64,000 nt of DNA. Origin: a virus. The stretch is taken from the UHGV virus genome UHGV-0131811. One strand, given 5' to 3'. The notes under the pieces were generated by a model. That model made no database searches. It was not told the DNA's origin and saw nothing but the letters and a program-made list of their open reading frames with translations. The translations under genes were made by a program, and so were the position numbers. Numbering within the stretch: the stretch's first letter is position 1; every line of letters begins with the position of its first letter. Below, in pieces: positions 9,546-19,392 of this stretch.

Positions 9546-11327
9546 TTAAAGCTGATTGTCAATATTATTTCGAATATCACCAAGAGTTGTGTAACCGTAC
9601 TGCTCAGAGTCGCTAAAGACTAAACGTAAAGCACAAGCTGGATGTTCAAGTGCATCTGCAAAGCTCTGGAATCCATAGCCATCTACAGCTTTCAAATTCT
9701 CACCATCCCACATAGGTGCTACACCACCAAAGGCAGATTTCTTAACACCACTATCTGTTTTAGGGTCTTTTGCAAGCATAATCTCTTTGCCACCAATGCT
9801 TGCAAGAGTTGCTTTGACAGCAAATGCAAAGGTGTCACGAGTCATGTACTGGTAAGTGTAAGAGCCTACACCAAACACCACGTTAGAGCTTGCAAACCCC
9901 ATTTCATACAGACGCTTCAGGATTTCGTTTGCACGTTCCAACGTGATAGAGTCACCATAGATAAGTCCAATGTGCTCATCCAGTACCTTAAAACCTTTAG
10001 AGTTGATAGTTCCTCCAAAGATGTTATACAAGGTCTTAATAGCTCCATCAACCTCTGCTACAGGGCGTGTTACAACGTTTGCAGAACCAACCATATAAGC
10101 GTTCTTCAACATCACTGTATCAGCAACTTCAAAGTCTTCTCTGTCAACAACCATTTCGTAGCCTTCTGACAGTAGCCATCCAGCAATACCATAGTTGATG
10201 TTTTCAAGCTTCATGTTAAGAACAGCATTCAACATTGTGTCACTGACTTCCAGCTTGCTTAGGTGCTCGTAATAAGCCTTCTTAGCACATTCTAAGTGGA
10301 TTGCTTTATAACCTGTGACAATATGTACAGGGTCTCCAGAGTCAGGGCGAATTACCAGTTTGCCATCACGTTCCATAATTTCTTTACGAAGTGCTGGTAA
10401 GATTTCTGACACAGTTCTCCAGAAGTTATAAGTGTCTGAAACAACACTTGCAATACCAGTTGGGTAAGTTTCTGTTAAGAAACGACGGAAGGTTTGTAAC
10501 TCACCTTTAAAGCGTCTTTCTTCTTCAATCAACTCATTACCACCTTCCCAAGCAATGTTTGCACACATTACAGAGTGTTCAGTGGCTGGTACAGAGCTAC
10601 CAATATCAGAGATTGAGTAGGACTGTCCATAGATTCGTTTAGCCGTGTATACAGCAGGGAAGCTATCAGTCCCTTTAAAGCTGGTTAAGTGACCTACAGC
10701 GTTAAATGCGTCATCAGTAAAGCCGGACATACCACGCATAGCAAAATCATGGCACTGATAAGGTAAATGTAAGTCATTGTCACAAGTAAGGTCAGCCCAC
10801 TTCTTACAGATGCGTTTGTAATGCAATGCAATAGTTGCAATGGTGCAAGCCTTCCAAATTTCAGCAGAGAAAGCATCTTCCAGATAACCTGCTACCCAAT
10901 GAAAACCTGAAACAGTGTTCTGAAAGACAATCATCGGGACACGCATTGGAACAACTGTGCCTTCTTCTACAGCGTATACTTCAACTGGTAGATAACCTAA
11001 GTCGTGAAGTGCTTCCCAATGCTCTCGACCGATAGCATCTTTACCCAGAACACCATTCATGACTTCTAAGATTTCATCAATGGCTTCTTTTTTATCACGT
11101 TCAAAGAAAGTGGCATTCCAGTGGTCTATCAAGTAATCTTTAACAAAACGTTGAATACCAAAAGCCACTACACCGTCAATTGCTAAAGGGCTGTTAAACC
11201 ATTTATCACTACGTGGTGTCAGGTTGAACATCAAGTATTCTGTTGCACTAGGATACTGGTAAACATGACCAGATTTGTAAGCATCTGCATTTAAACCTGC
11301 TGGTACTGCATAAAGTGATTTAGTCAT
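9546..11327 (-). CDS. nadV: nicotinamide phosphoribosyltransferase-family enzyme (NadV/Nampt-like; possibly Namat of the NARP1 pathway)
   Basis: 593 aa; family-level resemblance to Nampt over its length (N-terminal NADAYKSGH... region, GTDS-type motif); adjacent to Prs-like gene. Confidence 0.75.
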   Translation of the reverse strand: MTKSLYAVPAGLNADAYKSGHVYQYPSATEYLMFNLTPRSDKWFNSPLAIDGVVAFGIQRFVKDYLIDHWNATFFERDKKEAIDEILEVMNGVLGKDAIGREHWEALHDLGYLPVEVYAVEEGTVVPMRVPMIVFQNTVSGFHWVAGYLEDAFSAEIWKACTIATIALHYKRICKKWADLTCDNDLHLPYQCHDFAMRGMSGFTDDAFNAVGHLTSFKGTDSFPAVYTAKRIYGQSYSISDIGSSVPATEHSVMCANIAWEGGNELIEEERRFKGELQTFRRFLTETYPTGIASVVSDTYNFWRTVSEILPALRKEIMERDGKLVIRPDSGDPVHIVTGYKAIHLECAKKAYYEHLSKLEVSDTMLNAVLNMKLENINYGIAGWLLSEGYEMVVDREDFEVADTVMLKNAYMVGSANVVTRPVAEVDGAIKTLYNIFGGTINSKGFKVLDEHIGLIYGDSITLERANEILKRLYEMGFASSNVVFGVGSYTYQYMTRDTFAFAVKATLASIGGKEIMLAKDPKTDSGVKKSAFGGVAPMWDGENLKAVDGYGFQSFADALEHPACALRLVFSDSEQYGYTTLGDIRNNIDNQL

Positions 11328-11372
11328 CTTTTAATCTCTCTCAAAATGGGGCTTTTAAGCCCCTATAAAGTT

Positions 11373-12269
11373 TCAATCAAGGTTTGCTACAGTAACTTGA
11401 CCATAATGTGTTAAGCCACGGTCTTTAGCTTCCCCTAAAGAGTTTGTAGTGTAGATGTGGTCAATGCCATTGTCAAGAAGGTTTTCAACATCTTTAGAGA
11501 AGATACCATGTGTTACATAGAGTTCCACACGTTTTGCACCTGCTTCACGGAGATGCTTAGCTGCTTCTATGAAGGTTCGACCACCATCACAGATATCATC
11601 CAGAATCATGACGGTTTTATCTGTCAAATCAACATCATCAAGGATTCGCATACCAGTAATTTCACCAGTCTTAAGGTTACGCACCTTAGACATTGTGATA
11701 TATGGTTTATCCACCTCTTTAGCGGTCTCTGCAACCTTCTTAGCAGCACCTGCATCTGGGGCTACTAAGTAATCAACCAGTGGGTCATTTGCATAGTGGA
11801 CTGCAATCTCCTTTTGAGGAATACTCTGGAAGCAGTTAAACAGGTTATCTGGTACATAGCTGTGAGGGTCAACTGCACAGACTGCGCCAAATCCCATTGC
11901 ATTAATCTGTTTAGCAAAAACCTTTAAAGCTGCTGCGTCACCTTTAAACATGTGACGGTCATATCGTGCATTTGGTAAGTAGTAAAAGATGACAGTCTTT
12001 AAAGCATAATCATGAGGAATTAAATCATCAATTGCTTCTTTAGCAAGTGCCACAGCAAACAATGTGTCCTTGTCATAACCTTTTACAATCATAATCACAT
12101 TGTTGATGGATGATGCTGCATAAGCAGTAAAATCAACAAACTCTGGCGAAAAGTGTCCACCAATCTCACCAGAAGGGAATTGGACGATGTTAAACTCTTC
12201 TTCATGAGTCCCTTTAGTTGGTGAATGAACTGTAACACGGATAGATGTTTTCATAGTTTTCTCTCTCAA
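11373..12269 (-). CDS. prs: ribose-phosphate pyrophosphokinase-family enzyme (Prs-like; possibly ADPR-PP synthetase Adps)
   Basis: About 295 aa; PRPP-synthase-like phosphoribosyl-binding region (VMILDDICDGGRTF); true start may be the second Met (MKTSIR). Confidence 0.7.
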   Translation of the reverse strand: MREKTMKTSIRVTVHSPTKGTHEEEFNIVQFPSGEIGGHFSPEFVDFTAYAASSINNVIMIVKGYDKDTLFAVALAKEAIDDLIPHDYALKTVIFYYLPNARYDRHMFKGDAAALKVFAKQINAMGFGAVCAVDPHSYVPDNLFNCFQSIPQKEIAVHYANDPLVDYLVAPDAGAAKKVAETAKEVDKPYITMSKVRNLKTGEITGMRILDDVDLTDKTVMILDDICDGGRTFIEAAKHLREAGAKRVELYVTHGIFSKDVENLLDNGIDHIYTTNSLGEAKDRGLTHYGQVTVANLD

Positions 12270-12544
12270 TCAAAAGTTACGTTTGTTACTGCCATTGCAG
12301 ATTTGCATTTTGCAGGGTCTACAACGTGATAAAGTACACTACAGTTACCTGTGCTGTCTGGTACAGGTTTAACCCATTGTTGCTTGACAGTTGGTTCGCC
12401 TAAGTCTTTGTAAGAACCATCTGTAAAGTTGTTTACCATCTCAAGTGCAATTGGCTCTGGAACATGACCACGTATCATGTACATTTCACAACCATTACCT
12501 CCTTCACTGACTAATGGTAAAATCTCCCACTTTTCTTTAGCCAT
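12266..12544 (-). CDS. hypothetical protein
   Basis: 92 aa ORF overlapping the Prs-like start by 4 nt (translational coupling). Confidence 0.45.
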   Translation of the reverse strand: MAKEKWEILPLVSEGGNGCEMYMIRGHVPEPIALEMVNNFTDGSYKDLGEPTVKQQWVKPVPDSTGNCSVLYHVVDPAKCKSAMAVTNVTFD

Positions 12545-13052
12545 TATAAGTTGCCCTATAAACTGTCTCGAACTTCAACAGGAGAGATATTGCCAAATCT
12601 GTATAGTTGTTGTCAAGCACATCTGGCATATTATTTTTGATATATTTCTCTTGCTCTTCATAGGTCATCTTAGGGATACTTAGGAGGCTATCTCCTTGCT
12701 TCTGGTTATCAGCTTTAGTTTGGATAAACCAGTTTGCACAGTGATGTTCACCACCTTTTGTAACAGGTTTGTGATGACCTAATGTAAATGTTTGCTTACC
12801 CGTATACCTGCAAAGATTGTTCAGTGTTGCAATGGTGTTCTTCACAACACACCATTCATACAGGTTATCTATTGTGTAGTGTGGGTAATAACGGACAAGT
12901 GCTCTTTCACGGAAGTTATCACGATTCCAAAGAACCATGTGATTAGAATTTGAAGGGTCATATTTGTGGGAGTCTATAAACTCTTGACGCTCATCAAAAC
13001 TGAGTCTTAACACTGACATTGCAGCAGAACGTTTCAGGTTTGACAGATACAT
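12537..13052 (-). CDS. HNH endonuclease
   Basis: GHHKPVTKGGEHHCANW is an HNH-type motif. Confidence 0.55.
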   Translation of the reverse strand: MYLSNLKRSAAMSVLRLSFDERQEFIDSHKYDPSNSNHMVLWNRDNFRERALVRYYPHYTIDNLYEWCVVKNTIATLNNLCRYTGKQTFTLGHHKPVTKGGEHHCANWFIQTKADNQKQGDSLLSIPKMTYEEQEKYIKNNMPDVLDNNYTDLAISLLLKFETVYRATYNG

Positions 13053-13103
13053 ATTATCTCCAAAATAAAAAGGGAACCTTTACAGTTCCCTTATAGTATC
13101 TGC

Positions 13104-13424
13104 TTACTGAGCTACTTTCAAGATTCTTGTGAATGGAATTTCACTTTCTTCCATTAATTCTTTAGTTTCTTTGGTAACTTTCACAAAGTTATCTAGGCAG
13201 ATAATCTTCTTATCTTTCTTACTATAGGTTAATTTAACCTTTTCAATATCTTTCTCAGAGCTTTTCTCTTCATTGAAGAGTTTTACAGCCTCTTTGAATG
13301 GGAGATATGAGCCATCATTATCACTAATGAATCCTGTACCACAATAGTAGGAGTTATGCTCTCTAGCCATAAACTGGCACAGTAAGAAAATCTGTAATTT
13401 ACGAGTGTTATAAACTTTGCTCAT
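13104..13424 (-). CDS. hypothetical protein
   Basis: 106 aa ORF. Confidence 0.45.
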   Translation of the reverse strand: MSKVYNTRKLQIFLLCQFMAREHNSYYCGTGFISDNDGSYLPFKEAVKLFNEEKSSEKDIEKVKLTYSKKDKKIICLDNFVKVTKETKELMEESEIPFTRILKVAQ

Positions 13425-13426
13425 GA

Positions 13427-13684
13427 TTATTTAGCCTTCTTATTACGTTTACGGTTACGAGCTTTCTTAGCTGCTCGTTTAATTGCTGCTGCACCAGTCG
13501 GACGATGGGCTTGCTTCTTACCACCTTTGCCACGGCCTACATAGATGCTTTTCATAATCTCATTAGCCAGTTTCTCATCCATCTTGAAGTTCTGCATAAG
13601 ATGAGTCACATCAACACCAGTGAGTATACCTAATGAAGCTAGTGCTGCTTTCACTTTTGATTTAAAACTATTCCAGAGTCCCAT
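13427..13684 (-). CDS. hypothetical small basic protein
   Basis: 85 aa, lysine/arginine-rich C-terminus. Confidence 0.45.
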   Translation of the reverse strand: MGLWNSFKSKVKAALASLGILTGVDVTHLMQNFKMDEKLANEIMKSIYVGRGKGGKKQAHRPTGAAAIKRAAKKARNRKRNKKAK

Positions 13685-13808
13685 TTCATATCTCTCTCAA
13701 TCTTTTCACAAAATGTTTTAAGTTCTTCTTCAGTGATACCAACGGTTAAGTTTGTTCTGTAGAACATTGTAAAGTGGCTTTTACCGATAACCTACTTTAT
13801 AACGAGAT

Positions 13809-14294
13809 TTACTCTGCTCTCCACTGACAATCACCTTGCCATCCGTACTCTTTTCTCCAGAGGTTTTGGTTATCTGAACCACGATACGGTTTAACTGTTG
13901 GTTTAGATGAATCATACTTACCATCAATCACCACGTCAACATATTTCATCACATCAAGGTGAATTTTTTCGTGCAGTTGAAAACCTGTCCAAAGCCATAT
14001 AGACTTTTCTGGATAAACAGTTTTAATACGCTTGCATATGTTGGTAACCTCTTGAATATTTCTATCATCTAGAGGTTCTCCACCAAGTATTGACAGCCCA
14101 CTGATGGCATTATCATCCATTAACTTAATGATGCCATAAAGGTTTGCATAAGTGAACTCTTTACCAGCATTAAACTTCCAAGATTCCTTATTAAAGCAAC
14201 CTTCACAGTGATGCTTACAACCAGCTACGAAGAGGCTTACACGAACCCCTTCACCATTAGCTGTGTCAAATGGTCGAATCTCCATGTAATTCAT
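13809..14294 (-). CDS. nrdG: anaerobic ribonucleotide reductase activating protein (radical SAM)
   Basis: CKHHCEGC cysteine cluster near N-terminus; about 160 aa; near nrdD. Confidence 0.75.
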   Translation of the reverse strand: MNYMEIRPFDTANGEGVRVSLFVAGCKHHCEGCFNKESWKFNAGKEFTYANLYGIIKLMDDNAISGLSILGGEPLDDRNIQEVTNICKRIKTVYPEKSIWLWTGFQLHEKIHLDVMKYVDVVIDGKYDSSKPTVKPYRGSDNQNLWRKEYGWQGDCQWRAE

Positions 14295-14303
14295 CTAGTT
14301 ACC

Positions 14304-14603
14304 TCACCAATACATATAAGTGTTCTTAGCGGCTTTCTTTGGAGACTTGCTATCAATATCAAAATCTTCATCTAAGAAGGATGTCTTAGAAAGCTGCCTT
14401 ATTTGTGTTCTTGTAAGACGTTTAGTGGCCTTCTTAATCTCTCTACAAGGCTGGCTTGTGAAGTCGTAAGAGCCACCTTTTCTGGACATCATATCAGAAT
14501 GGAAGTAGACATCTGAAGCATTTTCTCTGTTACGTACCTCATTTCTCCACTCATAGAGTCCATGAACGTTCTTTAAACCTTTTCTTCGAATTGTTTTACT
14601 CAT
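14304..14603 (-). CDS. hypothetical protein
   Basis: 99 aa ORF. Confidence 0.45.
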   Translation of the reverse strand: MSKTIRRKGLKNVHGLYEWRNEVRNRENASDVYFHSDMMSRKGGSYDFTSQPCREIKKATKRLTRTQIRQLSKTSFLDEDFDIDSKSPKKAAKNTYMYW

Positions 14604-14995
14604 TCAAACACCACCTGACAAGGAACCTGTTTAGTAATAAATTCTTCGCAGTGTTCTTTAATGAAGTTTTGTAATGGCACACAATCTTGTGCACAAGTCA
14701 TTAGTATAATGTACTCTGGATTCATAATGTTTTCAAGAGTGTAGAAGACAACATCGTTAGATAATTCATGACCATCTTCTTCAGACCAAGTTCCAGAGAC
14801 TACAGCTAATTTGTCAAGCAATTCATTAGGTAACGCTACGCCATCTTCTACGGAATCACTTAGAACGTTGTCGCTGATGTACAATGTGAAGGTCGTATGG
14901 AATGTTGAATATCTTACGTGATTCTTTTCGCAAGAGCCACACTCTGAGGCATAATCTTTAATCCGCTCTAACTGTTTTTTGTTCAACTTAATCAT
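14600..14995 (-). CDS. hypothetical protein
   Basis: 131 aa ORF, 4-nt overlaps on both sides. Confidence 0.45.
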   Translation of the reverse strand: MIKLNKKQLERIKDYASECGSCEKNHVRYSTFHTTFTLYISDNVLSDSVEDGVALPNELLDKLAVVSGTWSEEDGHELSNDVVFYTLENIMNPEYIILMTCAQDCVPLQNFIKEHCEEFITKQVPCQVVFE

Positions 14996-15192
14996 AATTT
15001 CACCTTAGTTGGCAATGCACTGAATGTTATGACTAACCCTAAAAATGGTTTGAAGCATGACCATAAATCCATCTGACCCTGATATGCGAAACTCCATTGT
15101 GGGTCTGAAAAACCCCATACCATAACACTAACCCCAAAGAAGAAGATTAGAATGTGGAGAATGTATATCAACGCTTTTGATATTTTAAACAT
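14992..15192 (-). CDS. small membrane protein
   Basis: 66 aa, two hydrophobic segments. Confidence 0.4.
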   Translation of the reverse strand: MFKISKALIYILHILIFFFGVSVMVWGFSDPQWSFAYQGQMDLWSCFKPFLGLVITFSALPTKVKL

Positions 15193-15346
15193 TTTAACTT
15201 GCCTCTTAATTCACAATAAGAGAGTCCTAAAAAGAACCCTAGTAAGACAGAACCTATGAACAACCCAATAATACTCTCTGCCATGTCTAACATCCAATAA
15301 AAAAGGTGATGTAAGCCTATCAAGACTCACACCACCATGTCAAGTT

Positions 15347-17491
15347 TTACATAGAAACTCTGTCACGAATCTCAGCGATTTTTGCATCGTTCATTCGGGA
15401 TTCACCTTTAATCTTAGTCCATCCAAGATACCCACACACCCTGTTAATCACAGAGATATCATGTGAGTGACAAACTTCACATTCTTCAACATCAGCCTTT
15501 GGCCTGTTACCACAATGTTCACAGATTGCTAAGTCAAAGTTAAGTCCCTGATAGAAACCTTTCAACATCCCTCTTGTAATACAGCTCTTAAGTGCTGATA
15601 AGTTTTCTGGGTTAGCTACTCTTACATACTGGATTCTACCGCCTCTACAGATATGGAAGAATGTCTCTTCTAAGTCCTGCTTCTCAAATGGTGAGATGTC
15701 TGCTGCAACATTCATATGGAAACTGTTTGTAAAGTATTCCTTATCGGAAACACCTTTGATAACCCCAAACATATCTCTGAACTGTTTTAGCTGAGTCCCA
15801 CATAGTGATTCTGCTGGAGTACCATAGACGGCATATAAGAAGCCATCTTCATTTTTAAACTCTTCGGTTTTCATGTTAATGTATGCCAGAACATCATATG
15901 CAAAACTATAGCTTCCAACTTCATGAAGTCGTTCACCTTCAGCAAGAACAGACAACTCATCAAGCGCAGTAACACCAAAAGAAGCTGTGAAGGACTTCAC
16001 AATATCCCAACCAACCTTGTCAGTAGGTTTCTTAGTTCCTTTGTACAGACCACCTTGTGTGAACGCAAGAGGGTTAGAACTTGCTGGCATATTAGCAATC
16101 ATTTCGTAGCGTTTCTTGTGGAAGTTGCGAATCATCTCTAGGTACTTATCAAGCTCTTTCCAGAAATCTAAACCATTCTCTTTAGAATACTGGTAAATCA
16201 TCGGTAAGTTCAAAGATACAGCACCAATGTTAGCACGACCAACATAGAACTCTTCCCCATCCTCATTAAGATATGGAGATAAGAAGGCTCTGCAACCCAT
16301 CGGTGAAATTACCTTGCCAGAACGCTCAAAAGCCTCTGCTACAGCACCATGACCAGATACACTTAAGAAGTCTGGATACATTGCTTTAGAGCAACACTCA
16401 ATAGCTTTACTGTACAGGTGACCTTGACAGATATTCTCATCATGTCTCTTCTGGTCATAAATATAAACCAGTTTAGGGAATACAACAGGTTTTTTACTCT
16501 TGCCTTGTCCATTCATACGAACATCTAGGAGAGTACTTGCAATCATGTATTGTAGTCGATTATCCTCATTAGACATATCTGAGTCAAGTAAACCAAATGT
16601 TAAAGTTGTGAATGCAAAATCACCACGGCTACAAGGTACGGTATTTAGTTTCATCTCAAGTGACTGAAAACCTTGAGTCAGTTCAATTTGTAACTGCTCC
16701 ATTACATAATTGTGGTAATGCTCTTTAGGAATACCATAAGATGATGCTTTCTCAGCATGATAGCGTAGAGACTTCTTAGCATACGGTACAAGTACCTTAT
16801 CAATCTCTGCTAAAGTAAAACCACCAAATTGCTGTGCAGTTGCTGAAAGTACTACGTCACCAATAACCTGCAACGCTGACAGTACAGATTTAGGTTCACA
16901 GTACTCAATGCCGGACATTTCAAAGCCACCTTTTAGTACTTTACCAATGTCAAACAGGCAACAGTTAATACCACCAAAAATCAGGTCTCTCAAATCGTGG
17001 ATATAGATAAAGCCTTTCTCAATGGCTTCAAGTTCCTCTGGTGTTAGATGATACTGTTTAAAGATTTCTTTAGTCAGGTAACCACGGATAATTGAACCTT
17101 TCGTAGAAATTAAACTGCTGTCAAAGTTAGCATTTTCACGGTCACCTAAGAAGAGTGTATCTTTAGTCTTCTGGTAGAGTTCGTCCCAATTTTGAGCAAC
17201 CTCTTTACGGTAATTTCTGTATGTTGAGTAAGACTCATAAATCTCGTGATTGACCTCTGCCAAAGCACCTTCAACAATACTGTGAATATCATTTACCGAG
17301 ATAAGCAAATTATTCTGCTTAGTGGACTTTACCAAAATCCTCATGAATGCTGACTCAAGAGCTTGGGTAACATCTGGTGGCAGTTCTTTATATCCAACCC
17401 TGTTAGCTGACTTTGTTACTGCCGCTAAAACTTTTTTGATATCAGGTTCTTCAAGTGAGCCATTCTTTTTAATAATCTGTACTTTGTTCAT
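15347..17491 (-). CDS. nrdD: anaerobic ribonucleoside-triphosphate reductase
   Basis: 714 aa; N-terminal ATP-cone; C-terminal Zn-Cys cluster (CEHCGN...CEVCHSHD) and glycyl-radical motif RVCGYLG. Confidence 0.9.
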   Translation of the reverse strand: MNKVQIIKKNGSLEEPDIKKVLAAVTKSANRVGYKELPPDVTQALESAFMRILVKSTKQNNLLISVNDIHSIVEGALAEVNHEIYESYSTYRNYRKEVAQNWDELYQKTKDTLFLGDRENANFDSSLISTKGSIIRGYLTKEIFKQYHLTPEELEAIEKGFIYIHDLRDLIFGGINCCLFDIGKVLKGGFEMSGIEYCEPKSVLSALQVIGDVVLSATAQQFGGFTLAEIDKVLVPYAKKSLRYHAEKASSYGIPKEHYHNYVMEQLQIELTQGFQSLEMKLNTVPCSRGDFAFTTLTFGLLDSDMSNEDNRLQYMIASTLLDVRMNGQGKSKKPVVFPKLVYIYDQKRHDENICQGHLYSKAIECCSKAMYPDFLSVSGHGAVAEAFERSGKVISPMGCRAFLSPYLNEDGEEFYVGRANIGAVSLNLPMIYQYSKENGLDFWKELDKYLEMIRNFHKKRYEMIANMPASSNPLAFTQGGLYKGTKKPTDKVGWDIVKSFTASFGVTALDELSVLAEGERLHEVGSYSFAYDVLAYINMKTEEFKNEDGFLYAVYGTPAESLCGTQLKQFRDMFGVIKGVSDKEYFTNSFHMNVAADISPFEKQDLEETFFHICRGGRIQYVRVANPENLSALKSCITRGMLKGFYQGLNFDLAICEHCGNRPKADVEECEVCHSHDISVINRVCGYLGWTKIKGESRMNDAKIAEIRDRVSM

Positions 17492-17510
17492 TATTGCCCC
17501 TTTACATGCT

Positions 17511-17533
17511 AAAAAGGTCTCCGAAGAGACCCT
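17511..17533 (-). terminator. GC hairpin with CGAA/UUCG tetraloop and U-run about 20 nt upstream of nrdD start
   Basis: GGTCTC-CGAA-GAGACC; on the minus strand followed by UUUUU; could be a terminator/attenuator or processing site. Confidence 0.45.
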
Positions 17534-17539
17534 TTCATT

Positions 17540-17746
17540 TTAAATCTTTTTAGAAAACTTAGAAACGAGTTTTCTCAGTTTTTCAGTGATGCCTAGCTGT
17601 ATCTCTAATATTTCAAAGATAACCCATAGTAACATGGCCCCAAACAATGAACCTTGTTCAAAATCAGTAAATAGGTTAACAACAAGCATACCAATCACAA
17701 TAGCTGGTGCATCAACAACCAAACCTTCCCAAAGGCGTTTAAGCAT
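17540..17746 (-). CDS. small membrane protein
   Basis: 68 aa, hydrophobic. Confidence 0.4.
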   Translation of the reverse strand: MLKRLWEGLVVDAPAIVIGMLVVNLFTDFEQGSLFGAMLLWVIFEILEIQLGITEKLRKLVSKFSKKI

Positions 17747-17981
17747 TATTCACCTCTGCCATAAAATTCTGTAGCGTTCCAACAGGTTTTAGGTTTTGTC
17801 CATCAGTTTTCATGATGAACGGCATCTGACGAACTGGCATCTGTGCAATATCCATCAGGTCTGACAGTTCATAATCCTGCCCTAACATTCTCACAACATG
17901 GTCAATACCACGAGCTTTTGCAAAATTCTTTGCAGTCTCACACTGAGGGCATCCAGTTTTGGAGTAAATCACATAAGTCAT
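17739..17981 (-). CDS. glutaredoxin/NrdH-like redoxin
   Basis: 80 aa with CPQC active-site motif near N-terminus; sits beside the RNR genes. Confidence 0.7.
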   Translation of the reverse strand: MTYVIYSKTGCPQCETAKNFAKARGIDHVVRMLGQDYELSDLMDIAQMPVRQMPFIMKTDGQNLKPVGTLQNFMAEVNNA

Positions 17982-19054
17982 TAAGGAACCTCTAAAAATC
18001 CACTATTCAAATCATCTACAACAGTATTCAACAGGTACGCACCGTTCTGTTGCTCCTGATTAGCATTCTGCTCTTTATCAATTTCCATCTTCTTAATCAT
18101 ATACTTCAAAGGTGGTTCTTTAGGAGCTACAAAATCTCTGGGAATGCCAAACATATCATACAGTGGGGCAGCATTATAGTAAACCCACTCATGAAGAAGC
18201 TTTGTATTTAAGCCAACTACAGCACGTCCTTCGGAGAAGATATAATACGACCATTTCTCTTCACTTTCAACTACTTCATCTAAGATTACTTTAATCTCTG
18301 GAAGAATTTGTTGAAAAGCTTTCTGCCACTCATCATCTCTTAAAGTTTCTTTTAAAACTTCAATATCAATTTTAGTGTGAAGGATTTCATCAAGCATAAT
18401 CTTCTGCACAGCTTGAGCAATACCCTGAAATTTATCTTGAGCATCAAGTGCAAAAGTACATGCAAAGGATGCCATAAAAGATATACCTTCCAGTGCAGTC
18501 ACTGCAAATAGACCTTTTAGAATCACTTTATGGAAGTGTAAAGGGTCTTTGTCCAGAAGCGAATCACGCACATAACTCAGGCGATAGTTTATACCTTCAT
18601 CCAGTAATTCTTCAAGAACACGATTCACAGTTTTTAATCGGTCTTGCACAGCAACATTCTGGTTAATCTCATCTAAGATTGTTTCAGGGTTTTTAATACA
18701 TTGTCTTACAATCTCTGAGTAAGTAAGAGCATGTAGGTTTTCAATCTCAGACTGCTTCATAATTGCAGTTGCATAGATGTCATCAGAGATAAAGGGTGCA
18801 AAGGCAAATGCCAAGCTCTTAGCAACTTGAGTGTCTGCTTCCCATTGCCACTTAAGAATCTCAAGCATTACACCTGACATTGATGCTGGAACACTCTCAA
18901 AATCAAGACGTGATTGTTCAAAAGGGAACTCATCTTCTGACCAGTCTTGTGCTTTTTGTTGTTTATAAAGTTCAAAGATTTTTGGGTAGTGCTTATTAAG
19001 TGAGTCAAAAGTTTTTCTCTCACCACCTAAAAAGATTGGGTGCTGGTTAATCAT
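17981..19054 (-). CDS. nrdB: ribonucleotide reductase small subunit (class I beta)
   Basis: Ferritin-like RNR-beta motifs; start placed at MINQHPIF (ATG at 19054, GGAG upstream, ATGA overlap with the upstream ORF) rather than the longest-ORF start 19114. Confidence 0.8.
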   Translation of the reverse strand: MINQHPIFLGGERKTFDSLNKHYPKIFELYKQQKAQDWSEDEFPFEQSRLDFESVPASMSGVMLEILKWQWEADTQVAKSLAFAFAPFISDDIYATAIMKQSEIENLHALTYSEIVRQCIKNPETILDEINQNVAVQDRLKTVNRVLEELLDEGINYRLSYVRDSLLDKDPLHFHKVILKGLFAVTALEGISFMASFACTFALDAQDKFQGIAQAVQKIMLDEILHTKIDIEVLKETLRDDEWQKAFQQILPEIKVILDEVVESEEKWSYYIFSEGRAVVGLNTKLLHEWVYYNAAPLYDMFGIPRDFVAPKEPPLKYMIKKMEIDKEQNANQEQQNGAYLLNTVVDDLNSGFLEVP

Positions 19055-19392
19055 AGTGTGATTTCTCCTTTCTTTATCATTTCTAAGGCTTGTTTTCTGT
19101 CTAAAACTTCCCAATTTTCTTTGTTAAACATCTCATAAGGTCTTGCGTAGATTTTACCATCTGCTGTAGAGATATAAGAGGCTCCAGTGACCCATAAGTC
19201 ATCATTCTGCTTTATCATGATACCTGTACTGCTCACATAGTACAATGTTTTGCGGGGTTTGTAGAGCAAGTATATTGGTCGCTCATGTTTTTCTATTAAA
19301 TCTTTCACGGTCTCTCCAAAGTTATTTTTAGAGGGTCTTTTACGACCCTCATAATTGTTAAAACTAAACACCACAACCCTCGCAATAAGCAT
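19051..19392 (-). CDS. hypothetical protein between nrdA and nrdB
   Basis: 113 aa ORF; ATGA overlap with nrdB. Confidence 0.45.
   Translation of the reverse strand: MLIARVVVFSFNNYEGRKRPSKNNFGETVKDLIEKHERPIYLLYKPRKTLYYVSSTGIMIKQNDDLWVTGASYISTADGKIYARPYEMFNKENWEVLDRKQALEMIKKGEITL

Noticed and set aside
9642-10169. Antisense ORFs inside long genes (e.g. 9642..10169 in the Nampt-like gene, 59390..60316 in the capsid gene, 5667..6011 in rIIB)
   Set aside because: They are embedded antisense in genes with clear motif support, lack RBS context and show no motifs; normal background in AT-rich sequence.
19055-19114. Longest-ORF start of nrdB at 19114
   Set aside because: It would overlap the upstream ORF by 64 nt; the ATG at 19054 has a GGAG RBS and a classic ATGA stop-start overlap.
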